A stretch of DNA of 64,000 nt from Lepidodermella squamata (taxonomy: Eukaryota > Animalia > Gastrotricha). Below, in pieces: positions 1 through 11,826 of the stretch. The number at the start of each line of letters is the position of its first letter. Position 1 is the stretch's first letter. Made by a program: the position numbers and the translations under genes. The notes beneath the pieces were generated by a model. That model had not been told where the DNA came from. It saw only the letters and a list, made by a program, of their open reading frames with translations, and did no database searches. The DNA lies in the NCBI GenBank assembly GCA_047495785.1, contig JBLDXI010000031.1, forward strand, positions 1,426,001 to 1,490,000, in the 5' to 3' direction.

Positions 1-748
1 AACTTCTTCGCTGCTGTCGGGCAGCACATTTCCGGTTCTTGAATCGAACTGATAGCTCCATGCAAACTTCGACAAATTTCGGAAACCACGAGTGCGCCAT
101 TGCTTGTTTTGTAAATATTGTCGGCTCAGTGCAACTTTATATAAGGTTTAGCCACGGTGTCCTTGTTTCTACACCGACATGGTTCTTTCAAATGAAATGG
201 CCATGTTCATGCGGGGACGTAGCTAAATGTGTCACGTTAGAAGGGATTCGCGCTGTGCGCACTAGCCTAGAACGAATTTGTTGTGTACGAAATGTATGAA
301 AATTGGATGACAGAATTTGCATGCAGGTTTAACTGTGTCTGTTTTAGCACTGACGATGACGTGCCTAGTAAAGAAAATTGAAAGCATAGGTAGCGTACGT
401 TCTAAAATGTTGTTGAGCTATTACGTTTGTGATCATTCAATTACAATCTGTTATTTCCAAATGTAATTAGGCTTTGATAATGTAATAAGTCTAGAAGCGG
501 GTTATGTAAATTTCTTTGTATTTCCTAACGGACAATTGAATGAGGTCGAAATTCTTCGGATGATTAACTTCAAATATCCATGAAAAATTATTTACCGGTT
601 AATTAAGTAGGAAGACAATCGATTCTGTTTGATCTCAACGGAATCCAAAAAATTGAACTAAAGAATTTGCTTGAGAAGACAATGGGACACTTTGATGAAA
701 TTGGTTGTGACGGCAATTAATGAAAATATAACAATTTTGTGTACCAAG

Positions 749-3700
749 GTATACATTAATGTGCGGGGCCAACGAGGCGATACCGGCAAGCGATGGGTGA
801 TCAACTCATCTCACGGCCAGGGTCCTTCAATCGCAGCTGGGGTGATCATGATCTACGAGTTGGCATGTGTTGATCTTGGAACGATAAAAGGTATCAGCGT
901 TGGCCACGACAAGCCGGGCAAGGATGCAGGGTACTACTTCGAGAAGGCTATCATTCGACCGACTCATCTCGATGTTCAATACGTGTTCGAGTTTGACAAG
1001 TAATTATGACTATTTAAGCCTAGGAATCAGGGCTAGGTCAAAACTAAGGTTATAAAGTAGACTAGATTGAAAAGATACTGCAAAGTAGCTTACCTCGAAC
1101 TAGATTCAGATAGAAACAAAATTCGATTGGCGGGAATAGGATTCAAGACTAGAACGAATTGCGAGAGGTTGGGGGAGTAGGAATTAGGACATTATTTGCT
1201 GATTAACATGGAGGAAAAATTGAAACTATGTATTTGACTTCTAAGGCCATTGGAAGGTACTGAAATCGATGTAATTGTCGAGGTACCCAAGCCTCCCACG
1301 CCAAAACTAGACCCCAACGACTGGGTTATGTGGTGGGAGTCAGAAGGAGACCAGCAGTTTGATTTCTTACAACTCCATATGATGTTCGTTGGAACTAAGG
1401 TATAGTTCGATTTTCAGGCTCCCTGAACCTTTTAACCAACCTTGCAGGGTAATTCTTCGTACTTACTTGATGTCGAAATCGGCCCTGGCGAGTCGAGCCA
1501 GTATAAGATTCATCTGGAGAAGGAAATTGGTGAACTTACTGGAGTAAGGTTAAAACACGGCCCGAAAGTGACTGGAAAACATCCGCCGTGGAAAATCATT
1601 GAAATGCGTCTGAAAAACAAAGTTACCGGGCAGCTATTTAAATTTCGACCAGGGGTTATCGGGGCCCCGCCGCCGCCTCCGCCCAAAACACCCTCACCAC
1701 CTCCGATCATGCCGATAAAGGAGGTGAAATTACTGAAACCTAAACCGAAAACCCCGGCTGCGAGTCCCGTCCCACCACCTCAACCGAAAGATGACGAAAA
1801 ATTTCGCTATCGTGTCGAAGTGCTTACTTCTGTAAACTCGGTTCCGATTCAGCTTCAGCCTGAGATGTACATAAAATTCTTCGGCGAGCTGACTACAACC
1901 GATATCTGTTGGTTCGGCCGGTCTTCGGTTAATGCCGTAGCTTTTCGACCAGGGCAGTTCGATGCCTTTGAAATGACGTTGGATGAAGATTTGGGCGTGG
2001 TTCAAGACGTGTGCCTTGGTTTGGGTCGAAAACGAGTGGATGATGGCAAAGGGCTCCTGACTGGGCTGGCAATTGATAGGATTGTCATCAAACCTTCGCA
2101 TGAACCCGGGAAGGAATATGTATTCACTGATGGGTTAGTTTGTAGCAATTAGAGCTTGTCCTGAACAAAGATCTTTCCATAGTTTCCGGAATCTATCGCA
2201 AACGGAGCCTATAGAATGGTTACTATCGTGGGTCTGTGCCGATACGCAAAAGCCAGTCGCAGCTACGGTGAATCTCGTGCTATACGGAGGTGGGAAGCAC
2301 AAATCGAGCGAGATTTTAGTCTCGACTATTATCAAGCCCGGGCAGAGCGAGGAGCATCGTTGCGAATTCAGAGACCGCTTGGGCGAAGACTCTCACTTCC
2401 GCCCCTACAAAGTTCGAGCAGGATTTCCGCATGACAAGCAGAGCGAGGAAAGGATTCGTTGGGATCTGGTCTATGTAACTTGGCTTTTGAAACTCGAAAC
2501 ATGTTGTTAAATTTAAATTTCAGGTTCGCCTCCGCTGCATCCAGCTTAACAAGCTTTACACATTCACCCTAACAAAAGGACGTGAGTTCTTTATTAAGGA
2601 GAGAATCTAATCTAATTCAAGATTTTCAGCTGTTATATTCAGCGATGACATGGATGGATGGAGAGAAATTCCGATGGACATGGCCCCTAACCAAAAAGCT
2701 CCACCAAGTGAAATCTATTTGTTACCCAAGCTAGCACTAACTCATTCTTCCATTATTTTCAGTTATAATCTATCAGCTGGATATCCAGACGAGTACAAGA
2801 GTAAGTTGATAAACCCTCTATTATTTATTAATTCGCCTCCAGATTCAAGCAGCTCCAGACTCAGAGATCTACGTGAATATCAAAGGTCGTAAGGGTGATT
2901 GTGGGACAAGGTTCCTAAAGTTTTCTTCTAATAACGCTTTCCAGAACTTTCTCCCCGGTCAAGTAAGTCCAACTGATTATTTTTGAAGGTTTACATGTTA
3001 TCCCTCTTAGGTTGATACCTTCCGAATTGAAGCCGTCGATCTTGGAGAAATCCGGTCCATAATTCTCGGCCATAACGATTCTGGGGTGTTCAAATCTTGG
3101 CACTGCGATCGCGTGCTGCTCTTGAACCGTCTAACCGGCGAGCAGTATGAATTCGCTGTCCAGAACTGGTTCGATCGGCTGAAGAGCGACAAATTGATCG
3201 AGCGCCGACTTCGACCGTCAGAGAAGGCTGTCCCACCTCCTTTGAGCCACAAATGGATGGTCACGCTTGACGTAGCAAACCACCCGGCTGCGGGGACGAA
3301 AGTGCCATTAGGCGTGGTAATTTGCGGCCGCAATAGCTCGAGTCGAACGTTGGAGTTGAAAATGGCGGATGGCTTTGCCCCGGGTAACTCTTACGAATTC
3401 GCCATCAGTGTCGATTTGGATGATATCGATAAAACCATTGGAGAGGTTCGCTTTCTTTTCTAAAATCTCAATCTCGAATCCAACCACTTACTTACATAAA
3501 ATATCCCGATTCAGATCAAATTTGACCTAGCCTTGGTCTATTTTTTTTAAATGTGATCATTCGAATCTGTTGCAGGTTTATAAAGTAAGACTCGGATTTC
3601 CAAAGTGGCAAAATGATCCTGCAATATTAATTGATCGAATGGTCCTGAAAGAAGTCGCTAGTGGGGCACAATACACGGTGTTTGTTCGCGAGTGGGTTTG

Positions 3701-5250
3701 GGCTTCGGCTAAACACGACGGCTGGCGCGAATTCTTCGCCGAGGGCACAACCTACCCTCGCCTTGAGGTAGGCATCGATTTCTGTGACTGAAGCTCAGAA
3801 TTAAGGTATTTCTCAGGTCATCAAGTATCAAGTGTCAATGTGGACTGGTTCTGACTTGCAGGCCGAAACAGATACTGATATTTACCTGGAAATCGAAGGT
3901 TCGCTTGGCTCTACTGGGAAACGGAGACTAGCCAACTCACTGACCCATACGAAACCATTCGCATCAGGCGAGGTGAGTAAAATTAGCATATAGTCCCAAG
4001 CTTGAATAACTCTGGGATACAGATGGACATGTTTGACATCGAAGCGCTGGATCTCGGTGATATTCGCTCGATCTCTGTTGTTCTCGCCCCTGATGAAGAC
4101 AGTGACCGCAATAACTGGCACCTAGTCCGAGTTCTCATTGCAAAGCATCCGTTAGGAACTCAGGAGTTTGTGTTCAACTGCAACTACTGGTTCGATAATT
4201 CAGCCCATCTGCAAACGTTTCCGGTTTCACTTCAGGAGATCAAGCCACCATTGTCCGGCCTTCATCCAAGTACGTTACGCTTGAATGAATTTCGGAAGGA
4301 TAATATTTCTCGTGTTTTCTAGATTCAAACTATCTGGTGTTCACATCAACCGGGCCAGAGCAGGATATGGGGAAAGCTGCCCACGTAGTCCTGGAAATTT
4401 TTGGCGAAACTGGAGCCTTTGGACCCTTCATGTTGAACAAACCCGACGTGGCGCCTAGTCAACGTCCTTTCCAACCCGGCTTTGTCGACGCGTTCCCAAT
4501 AGCAGTCGACGAAGAATCTGTTGGGAAACTACTGAAGATCCGGATCCAAAACTTGGGAGCTGAACCCTGTTGGTTCTTGGATAAGGTCGCTATCTACGAT
4601 TTGAAGCGCCCTCGTGCTGTGACGCATTGTTTCGATGTTTTCGATTGGCTGGCCCCAGAATACAACGACGGAGATAGTTGTAAAGAGTTTCCTTTCAAGC
4701 ATATCCGCCAGCCTGTGTTACCAACCGAGTATTACACGATTGAGATTTTCAATGGACCCGCTGGTACGCCAATGATGGGCGAAGAAAGTATAACTTGTTA
4801 TATTGAACTTATGGGCAAATCGCCGCTCACGACTGGCGTAAGGCCGTTGAGGAAGAATCATGATAAAAATCTTATTCATCAACCAAACGTGGTAAGTAAA
4901 AGAGTTTGATTTGAAGCTGAACAATTTAATGAGAAATGTCATCCATTTTCCAGCCCAATGTGTTTTGTATAATGGCTGTTGGCGTCGGGGACATTGAACG
5001 TGTTCGAATTGGTCATACGGCTGAGATGCCTTACTTCAGATGGCACATCCTTCAAGTCAAGATCACCTACAGCGAAAAGCAACGAATTTTCCCATGCAAC
5101 ATGTAACTTTCAACACTAAATTTTGCTTCAGGGCTCAATTCCGTTGAATCTAGGGTTTTGGTCCGGGATGTTAATACGAGTGACCCAACTGAGTTGATGC
5201 TGGCTGCTGATCCAACTTATCCTTCAATGATTCCGCCATCAGCTGACTAA
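749..5250 (+). CDS. Multi-exon gene for a tandem PLAT/LH2-domain protein (LOXHD1-like, ~8-9 PLAT repeats visible); 5' end probably lies upstream of the window
   Basis: Successive exons repeat PLAT hallmarks: VYINVRGQRGDTG, Y.V...TGSD..A.TD.DIYLEIEGSLGSTG, FDIEALDLGDIRSI, W.LDKV.I, F....W. Introns are short GT-AG. Pro-rich linker at ~1660-1790. Probable stop TAA at 5248-5250. Confidence 0.8.
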
Positions 5251-5486
5251 GTTAATAACTCACGATGAGGACTGAGAAATTGTACCTTTGTATCATATTG
5301 TTGATGGGTCACCGGTTTCAGTGATTGAGTAAATATTATGTAGTTACAATTCTGGAGAATGTTGGTAAGCCATGGTAAAGTTACAATAACGGTGAATATA
5401 CTTTAGCCTGAACCGATTCTCAAGTCCGCTATAACAGAAATAAGGTTTCCCGCTCATTCATTGCTGAATAAGTCCGCCGACGCACA

Positions 5487-5546
5487 CATTATCTGCATCG
5501 AGTTATCACTGAAATGACGATAAGACGCCGGGGTGTTTAATTTAAA
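5487..5546 (+). promoter_or_regulatory. Putative core promoter of arrestin 1: three GATA sites plus a TATA-like box
   Basis: TTATC 5489, TTATC 5503, GATAAG 5519, TTTAAA ~5541. The same motifs occur with identical spacing upstream of arrestin 2. Confidence 0.5.
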
Positions 5547-5643
5547 GAGACTGGACTGTGATGGCCTCTGTACAGTCTGCACTTATCATAAATCTCGACT
5601 AAAGAAAGCTTTTTCGCTGTTCGCTTCTTCGCTAACAAAAGCA

Positions 5644-6979
5644 ATGGGCATTCAATCTATGCATTTATCGGTCGAAAAACCGATCTATTACGCTGGTGAA
5701 CAGATTCGAGGCATGTGTACAGTTGTCGTATCGAGCCCGTGTCAGCTAGGCGTCATCCAAATGCGGTTTGAAGGCAACGCAAATGTCTATTGGACAGAAA
5801 CCCATACGAAATCTGAAACGGATTCGAATGGCAATCAAACCAGCACTACAGAGACGATAACGCATACTTCAAACCAAGAGCTGGTTTGCATCCATCGCGA
5901 TCTCGTTGTCCAGGGCGGTTACTTCCAGCCAGGCACCTATTCGCTGCCATTCGTTTTCGACACGCCGTACAGTTTGGTCAGCTCATTTGAAGGATTCCAT
6001 GGGTCTGTTCGGTATTTTGTGAAGGCGAAGAAGCCAAGATTTGGTGGCATCACCTGCGCCTTCGCTCATAAGGTCAAAAGCTTTGTTAGGATCCTGCAAC
6101 CTATCGATACCAACATCCCAATGTACATGGTGAGTAAATTGAAGAAAAAACTTTACTTTGCATTTCTGAAAATTAATTTGACAATTCGATTAACATTTAA
6201 AAGACTTCGTTCACTTTATCGATGGAATTTTTTTATACCCTTGTTTAGTTCCCGGTTGCTGGAACAGACAACAAGACCATCTGCTGTTTATGCTGTGCTT
6301 CGGGTCCACTAACAATCGAAGTGAACTGCGACCGTGCTGCCTTCTGTCCTGGAGATACGGCCTATATAACGGCTCATTTCGACAACAAATCCTCGCGTGA
6401 GGTCAAGCCTTACGTACGGTTGGTCCAGCATCAACGATATTACACCCCAACGTCATCGAATTATGCCGAAAAGAAGTACGATTTGGTCCCGGCTCCGGGG
6501 CAGAGACAGTTGGAGCAAACTCTTGGCGAGAATGGCGATGCTCATTGGGAACAAATCGCCTTTCTTATCCCACCATGTTACTCCTCACTGAAATGCGAAA
6601 ACATTGATATCAGTTACTGTATTGAGGTATAAATCTTCAAAATTTGAGAAATTGAGCAATATTCGGATAAAACTAGGTGTGCATGGACATTCCGATGGCG
6701 TTTGATTTGAAAGTCTCGTTGCCGGTTATCATGGGAACAATACCGTTCCGAGGTCAACAGGTCGTTACGCAGCAAGTGTCGTCCAGCATCCCGACCGGTT
6801 GGGGCGGTGTTGGAATTCAATCGAGTGGGCAAAAGGCGAATTCGCTGCCTGCACCGCCGATTTCACCCGCAAACAGCTTGCAAGTCGAAGCTCCGCCACC
6901 TAACTATTTCGAGCTGGTTTTCAACGGCGATGCGAGGATTGCAGAGGAAGCTGATGCTAAAAAACCAAGCAAGAAGTAA
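5644..6979 (+). CDS. Alpha-arrestin (ARRDC-like) copy 1, ~388 aa; exons 5644-6129, 6249-6626, 6677-6979
   Basis: Arrestin_N motifs YYAGEQIRG, FEGNANVYW, PGTYSLPF, SSFEGFHGSVRYFVKA; KTICCLCCASGP; Arrestin_C DRAAFCPGD and LPVIMGTIP; C-terminal PPNY (PPxY). The GT-AG junctions keep the frame. Confidence 0.92.
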
Positions 6980-8306
6980 CCACACAGGCCAATAATATTG
7001 AACATTTAAGATCAACTGTTGATTTGACGTGATTTTGAAGTCATCTATTGAGTTAATAATTAGCGTGGAAGTTTGTAGCCTTTGAAGCCTTTGAACAAAA
7101 ATTGTCCTGGCTTTACCCGGCTTTATCATTCTGGGTGTATCATCGGCTAATTTGTAAATTCCCGATCACCTATGGAAAAAGTCGGAAAATATAAAAAAAC
7201 ACTGAATTATTGAAGCAACGCAGCTGTGAAAAACCCCGAAATATTGCGGAAAATAACTGATGATTACTGCCAACCACAGCTCGAATAGTGAGAAGCAAAC
7301 TTCAGAAATTACGAGTAAAAACGGAGTATGACTGAATATCATTCGGTAAGTTTTCGCTCCATCTTCGCAAGGCCGTAGATTTGTTTATCGGAAAAATGTC
7401 CGTATTTCGCGGAACAAAATATATATTCTACCGTCGGAATCTATAGTGATAATAAAAATATCTCTTTTCATGTTAAATTACTTATTTTTCACTCTCAATA
7501 TATTTTTCCTCGAATAATGTCTTTTCGATGACGGAACAATGAGCCACGCCTCTTGCCATCACGAACGGGGGCATAGCTTTCACTTCCTAATCTTCAGCTT
7601 CGATAACTGGAAACTTCGAGCTTCGAGTCACACGACCAATAGGAAGAATAGGCCCAGAGTTGTCCCTGCCGTGTATAATTGCACGTTTAGGCTTACTGAT
7701 AGTTTGATTTTCTTTATCGAAGCTATATCGTTGATTAAAAAGTTATTTCTGCATTTCCGCGATACCTTGAAACACGCATGCAGGTTGAAGCTATAACAGC
7801 GGTTCGCAAAGTGGCGGACCCGTGCGCATTGGCGCAGTTCGAAAGATTGAATTCGCACGCATGCGCATTGGCGCACGCGGAGCCATAGCGCGTAGCCATA
7901 GACATAATTCAGTCTATTTGCGAACCACTGAGCTATAAGGCAATTCACGCACGTGCAAGTGTTTTGCTATCGAGCAGTGCTGTTCAACGCGCTGGTGAAG
8001 GTGCTTCTCCGTTATACCGACATGCCATATTTGAACTGTTATTAAACGACGCACTAGAGCCGTTCGCCAAGAGTTTATGCGCTTTGGGGTCTTTCACAAT
8101 AGCGTTTGCGGCTATTATTTTATTTTGAATTATGATGAGAAATTTGCGTAATAAATAATTATTGTTATTATCAATGAAATTTTAACCATGGGAAAAGATA
8201 CTGTTACGATGGGTGTACTTCCTTACTAACCACGGTCCGCGGTTTTTTACAGACCTCTAAATCGGATATATGTTGGCTTTCAGCTCATTCCGCTGACGCC
8301 CACAAA

Positions 8307-8366
8307 CATTATCGGCAGTGAGTTATCGCTGGAACGACGATAAGACACCGTGGTGTGTTATTTAAA
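8307..8366 (+). promoter_or_regulatory. Putative core promoter of arrestin 2: three GATA sites plus a TATA-like box
   Basis: TTATC 8309, TTATC 8323, GATAAG 8339, TATTTAAA 8359; matches 5487-5546. Confidence 0.5.
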
Positions 8367-8486
8367 TAGACCTGGAACTGAGGACCACTGTACCACCCGC
8401 ACTAGTTGAAAATCTAGAATACACCAAGTTTCTTCGCGCTCCATAAAACAACGAATAACAATTCAAGCTAACAAAAGCTGTTAGCA

Positions 8487-9810
8487 ATGGGCATTCAATC
8501 GATGCATTTATCGGTCGAAAAACCGATCTACTACGCTGGTGAACAGATTCGAGGCATGTGTACAGTTGTCGTATCGAGCCCGTGCCAGCTCGGCGTCATC
8601 CAAATGCGGTTTGAAGGCAACGCAAACGTCTATTGGACAGAGACCAACACGAAAAACGAAACTGATACGCATGGCAATACGGTCACCGTTACTGAAACGA
8701 TAGAGCATTCTTCAAATCAAGAGCTGGTTTGCATCCATCGCGATCTCGTTGTCCAGGGCGGTTACTTCCAACCAGGCACCTATTCGCTGCCATTCGCTAT
8801 CGACACGCCGTACAGCTTGGTCAGCTCTTTTGAGGGATTCCATGGATCGGTTCGGTATTTTGTGAAGGCGAAGAAGCCAAGATTCGGCGGTATCACTTGC
8901 GCGTTCGCGCATAAGGTCAAAAGCTTTGTTAGGATCCTGCAACCTATCGATACCAACATCCCAATGTACATGGTAAGCAAAATGCAAAATGAAGAAACTG
9001 CTAAAATTTTTGAAACGTATTTCGAATTCGAATCGGTTTATATGATTCATTCAGTTATCGTCAGTTATCATTTTAGTTCCCTGTTTCTGGAACCGATGAC
9101 AAGACCATCTGCTGTTTATGCTGTGCTTCCGGTCCGCTGACAATCGAAGCAAAATGCGACCGAGCAGCCTACTGCCCAGGGGATACGTCCTACATTACGG
9201 CTCATTTCGACAACAAATCCTCCCGTGAGGTGAGGCCTTACGTGCGATTGGTCCAGCATCAACGTTACTACGCTACAACATCATCGAATTTTGCTGAGAA
9301 GAAGTACGATTTGGTCCCAGCTCCGGGGCAGAGGCAACTGGAGCAAACTCTGGGCGAGAATATCGACGCTCATTGGGAAAACATCGCTTTTCAAATTCCG
9401 CCATGTTACTCCTCGCTGAAATGCGAAAATCTTGAGATCAGCTACTGTATTGAGGTATTGATCTTCATTTCTTCCGTGCAATTAAGCAATATTCCTATGA
9501 AACTATATAGGTTTGCATGGATATTCCGATGGCGTTTGACTTGAAGGTTTCACTGCCTGTTGTCATGGGAACAATCCCGTTCCGCGGCCAACAGGTCGTT
9601 ACGCAACAGGTGGCACCAAGCACGGTTGGTTGGGGCGGGATTGGCATGCAGTCCAGTGGCCAAAAGGCGAGTACACCGCCGGCACCACCGATTAAAGCCG
9701 CTAGCAGCCTGCAAGCCGAAGTTCCGCCACCTAACTATTTCGAGCTGGTTTTCAATGGCGACGCGAAGATTGCAGAGGAAGCTGATGCTAAAAAGCCAAG
9801 CAAGAAGTAA
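8487..9810 (+). CDS. Alpha-arrestin (ARRDC-like) copy 2, tandem duplicate of copy 1; exons 8487-8972, 9077-9454, 9511-9810
   Basis: Near-identical protein to 5644-6979, same intron positions, PPNY motif retained. Confidence 0.92.
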
Positions 9811-10055
9811 CCTTTCAGGCCGAGAATATATGAACCTTTACGATCAACTGTTGATTTGACGTGTTGATTTTGAAGTTCAATTATTTATTGGCGTAAAAAT
9901 CAGCGTAAAGGTTTTTAGCGCTTGGAGCAAGATTAAACAACAAAATATAGTGAGGATTGCCCACCCATTCTCACAGACAACTAAACCATAGATTTTCCTA
10001 ACAAAAGTATCCAACTGTAGAGATTGTATAGGTACAGAGAAAAACGGATCAGATA

Positions 10056-11826
10056 TTAGCCTTCCTTTGAGTCCTCGCGAATATAAGGTAGTTCTTTGCT
10101 TTTCAGCAATTTAACAGGTTGATTTGACGATTCAGATTCTTTAAACGGGTTGTCGCTGCAGGTGGGTGATAGCGGAGTGTTGGGGGCTGAGTCCAAGCTG
10201 ATCGAGTCGCTCGAGATGAATGACCCGCTTGAATTGTTGGCGATCATAGTGACTTCGTGGGGCTGTAGACGGCCGGGTCCGGGGCGCTTCTGGAAAGCTC
10301 CGTCGGCCATAAGCACCCATAGGGAGGCCACAGTGTTGTGAGTTGCTGAGCGAGACATCAGCATCTTAGCCGCTGCTTTCGAGGTCATTGATGTCGAGGT
10401 ATCTGCCAGTTCGATCTCGATATCTAAGATAACAGAAAAGTTTATTAGCAACCGTTATTTTGCGCCGGTTCCGTCAGCTTTCTAACTTATCAAAAGACAA
10501 AAGACTTCGAGAGGGTTTTAGAAAATGCAAGGAAAAAAAATATAAACGCCCAAGGTTCAGGCTAACTTGAGGATGTTGTTATGTTAGGAAACTTACAGTA
10601 ATCCACATCGATAACAGGGCTGTGAAAAGATGGCGTGACGACGGGCAGCGTGCACTCCGCGTTAACCCACAGCCGTTCTTCATCGGCCTGCAGCGGGCTC
10701 AGATCGGCAGCTGGCGTCAACGCCCAGGCCTGTAAGCTCTTCTTGTAAGTTTTCGAGATCAACCCGCGGCCGTAGAATGTCTGCTGTTGCACTAGTTTAG
10801 CGATTGGCCGAGCTGATTGGCGGCACTCGTTGCTGAAACGAGCATTGATGAAGGCTACATCGCCCATGTGGTGGTAAACGGAGCGGTCCACTTTGGCGTG
10901 GACGCCCCTAGAACCCCTCGCCACACACCAGAAATGCAAATTTCGCTGACGATTGTCTTCGGTAGGTTTCTATAGTTCCGAAAGTAGGAAAAAAGAACTC
11001 TGGTAAGTAACAAAATTCAGGACTTACCATCAGCTCATCATCGTCGACGTACTCTGCGAAAACAATGTTGAAGGGCACTTTCATCTCGGTCTGGTGGCCA
11101 ATGCTAGTGCCGTGGATCTGCTTTACTTTTAGCCGATACCGAATAAAACCGTGTTTGCCTTCAAACGAAGGAGGGATACTATGAGCAATAAAAGATTTGA
11201 GGTTAAATGGCTAGATGCATCAATAATTGAAACTTACTCATCGGGAAGTTCAAATTCAAAGGCCAAAGTGTGCTGGCCTGGTTGAAGATCTAAAATCAAA
11301 GGAAATTTAAGATAAATAAAAATTGAAGAAAGAAAGCTCCATTTTCACGAGTTTCGATGGGTGAAATATGCTTACCTGAAGCGACATTGAGACCAGCTGT
11401 CATGTTAACAAAGTTTTCCCGCATATGAGCCCGACCTCCATTTTCGCCCGCAACTCGCCATTGCGTTTTGCCGTAGCCCTCCAATTTCAAGCCAATATCA
11501 GCACCCGTTTGATTACCCATCATCGAACCAGACGAAGCAGATTGCCGCGAAACAGTATCATCGCCCTGTTGATTATCGTTTTTACTACCCAGGTGCGGTA
11601 AATTGATGTGAGGTATATGAAGGGACGAGCTGCTGTTGCTTGTTTCGATTTTCACCTGGCCTCGCACTAATTGACCTGGTTTGAATGTGACCCGTGGGCC
11701 GTGGTGGCAATGCGGACCGTGGCCGTGTTGCCGTTGACATTTCGAGGAAGAGTCAGCATCCGTTTTAACCTTCGCTTCATCGCTAAATTGGACGGAAATT
11801 AACTTGAAATGAAGGTGACTCGACAT
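10056..11826 (-). CDS. Divergent alpha-arrestin 3 (multi-exon, no PPxY seen)
   Basis: Exons 11826-11376 (FKPGQLVRG, LEGYGKTQW), 11289-11238 (PGQHTLAFEFELPD), 11178-11028 (IPPSFEGKHGFIRYRLKV), ~10970-10598 (DRSVYHH, LPVVTPSF, IDVDY), and a last exon ending at stop 10056. Confidence 0.82.

Noticed and set aside
7795-7900. Repeated TGCGCATTGGCGCA motif between the arrestin duplicates
   Set aside because: Only two copies and no boundaries or TSD found; a regulatory site cannot be distinguished from a repeat fragment.
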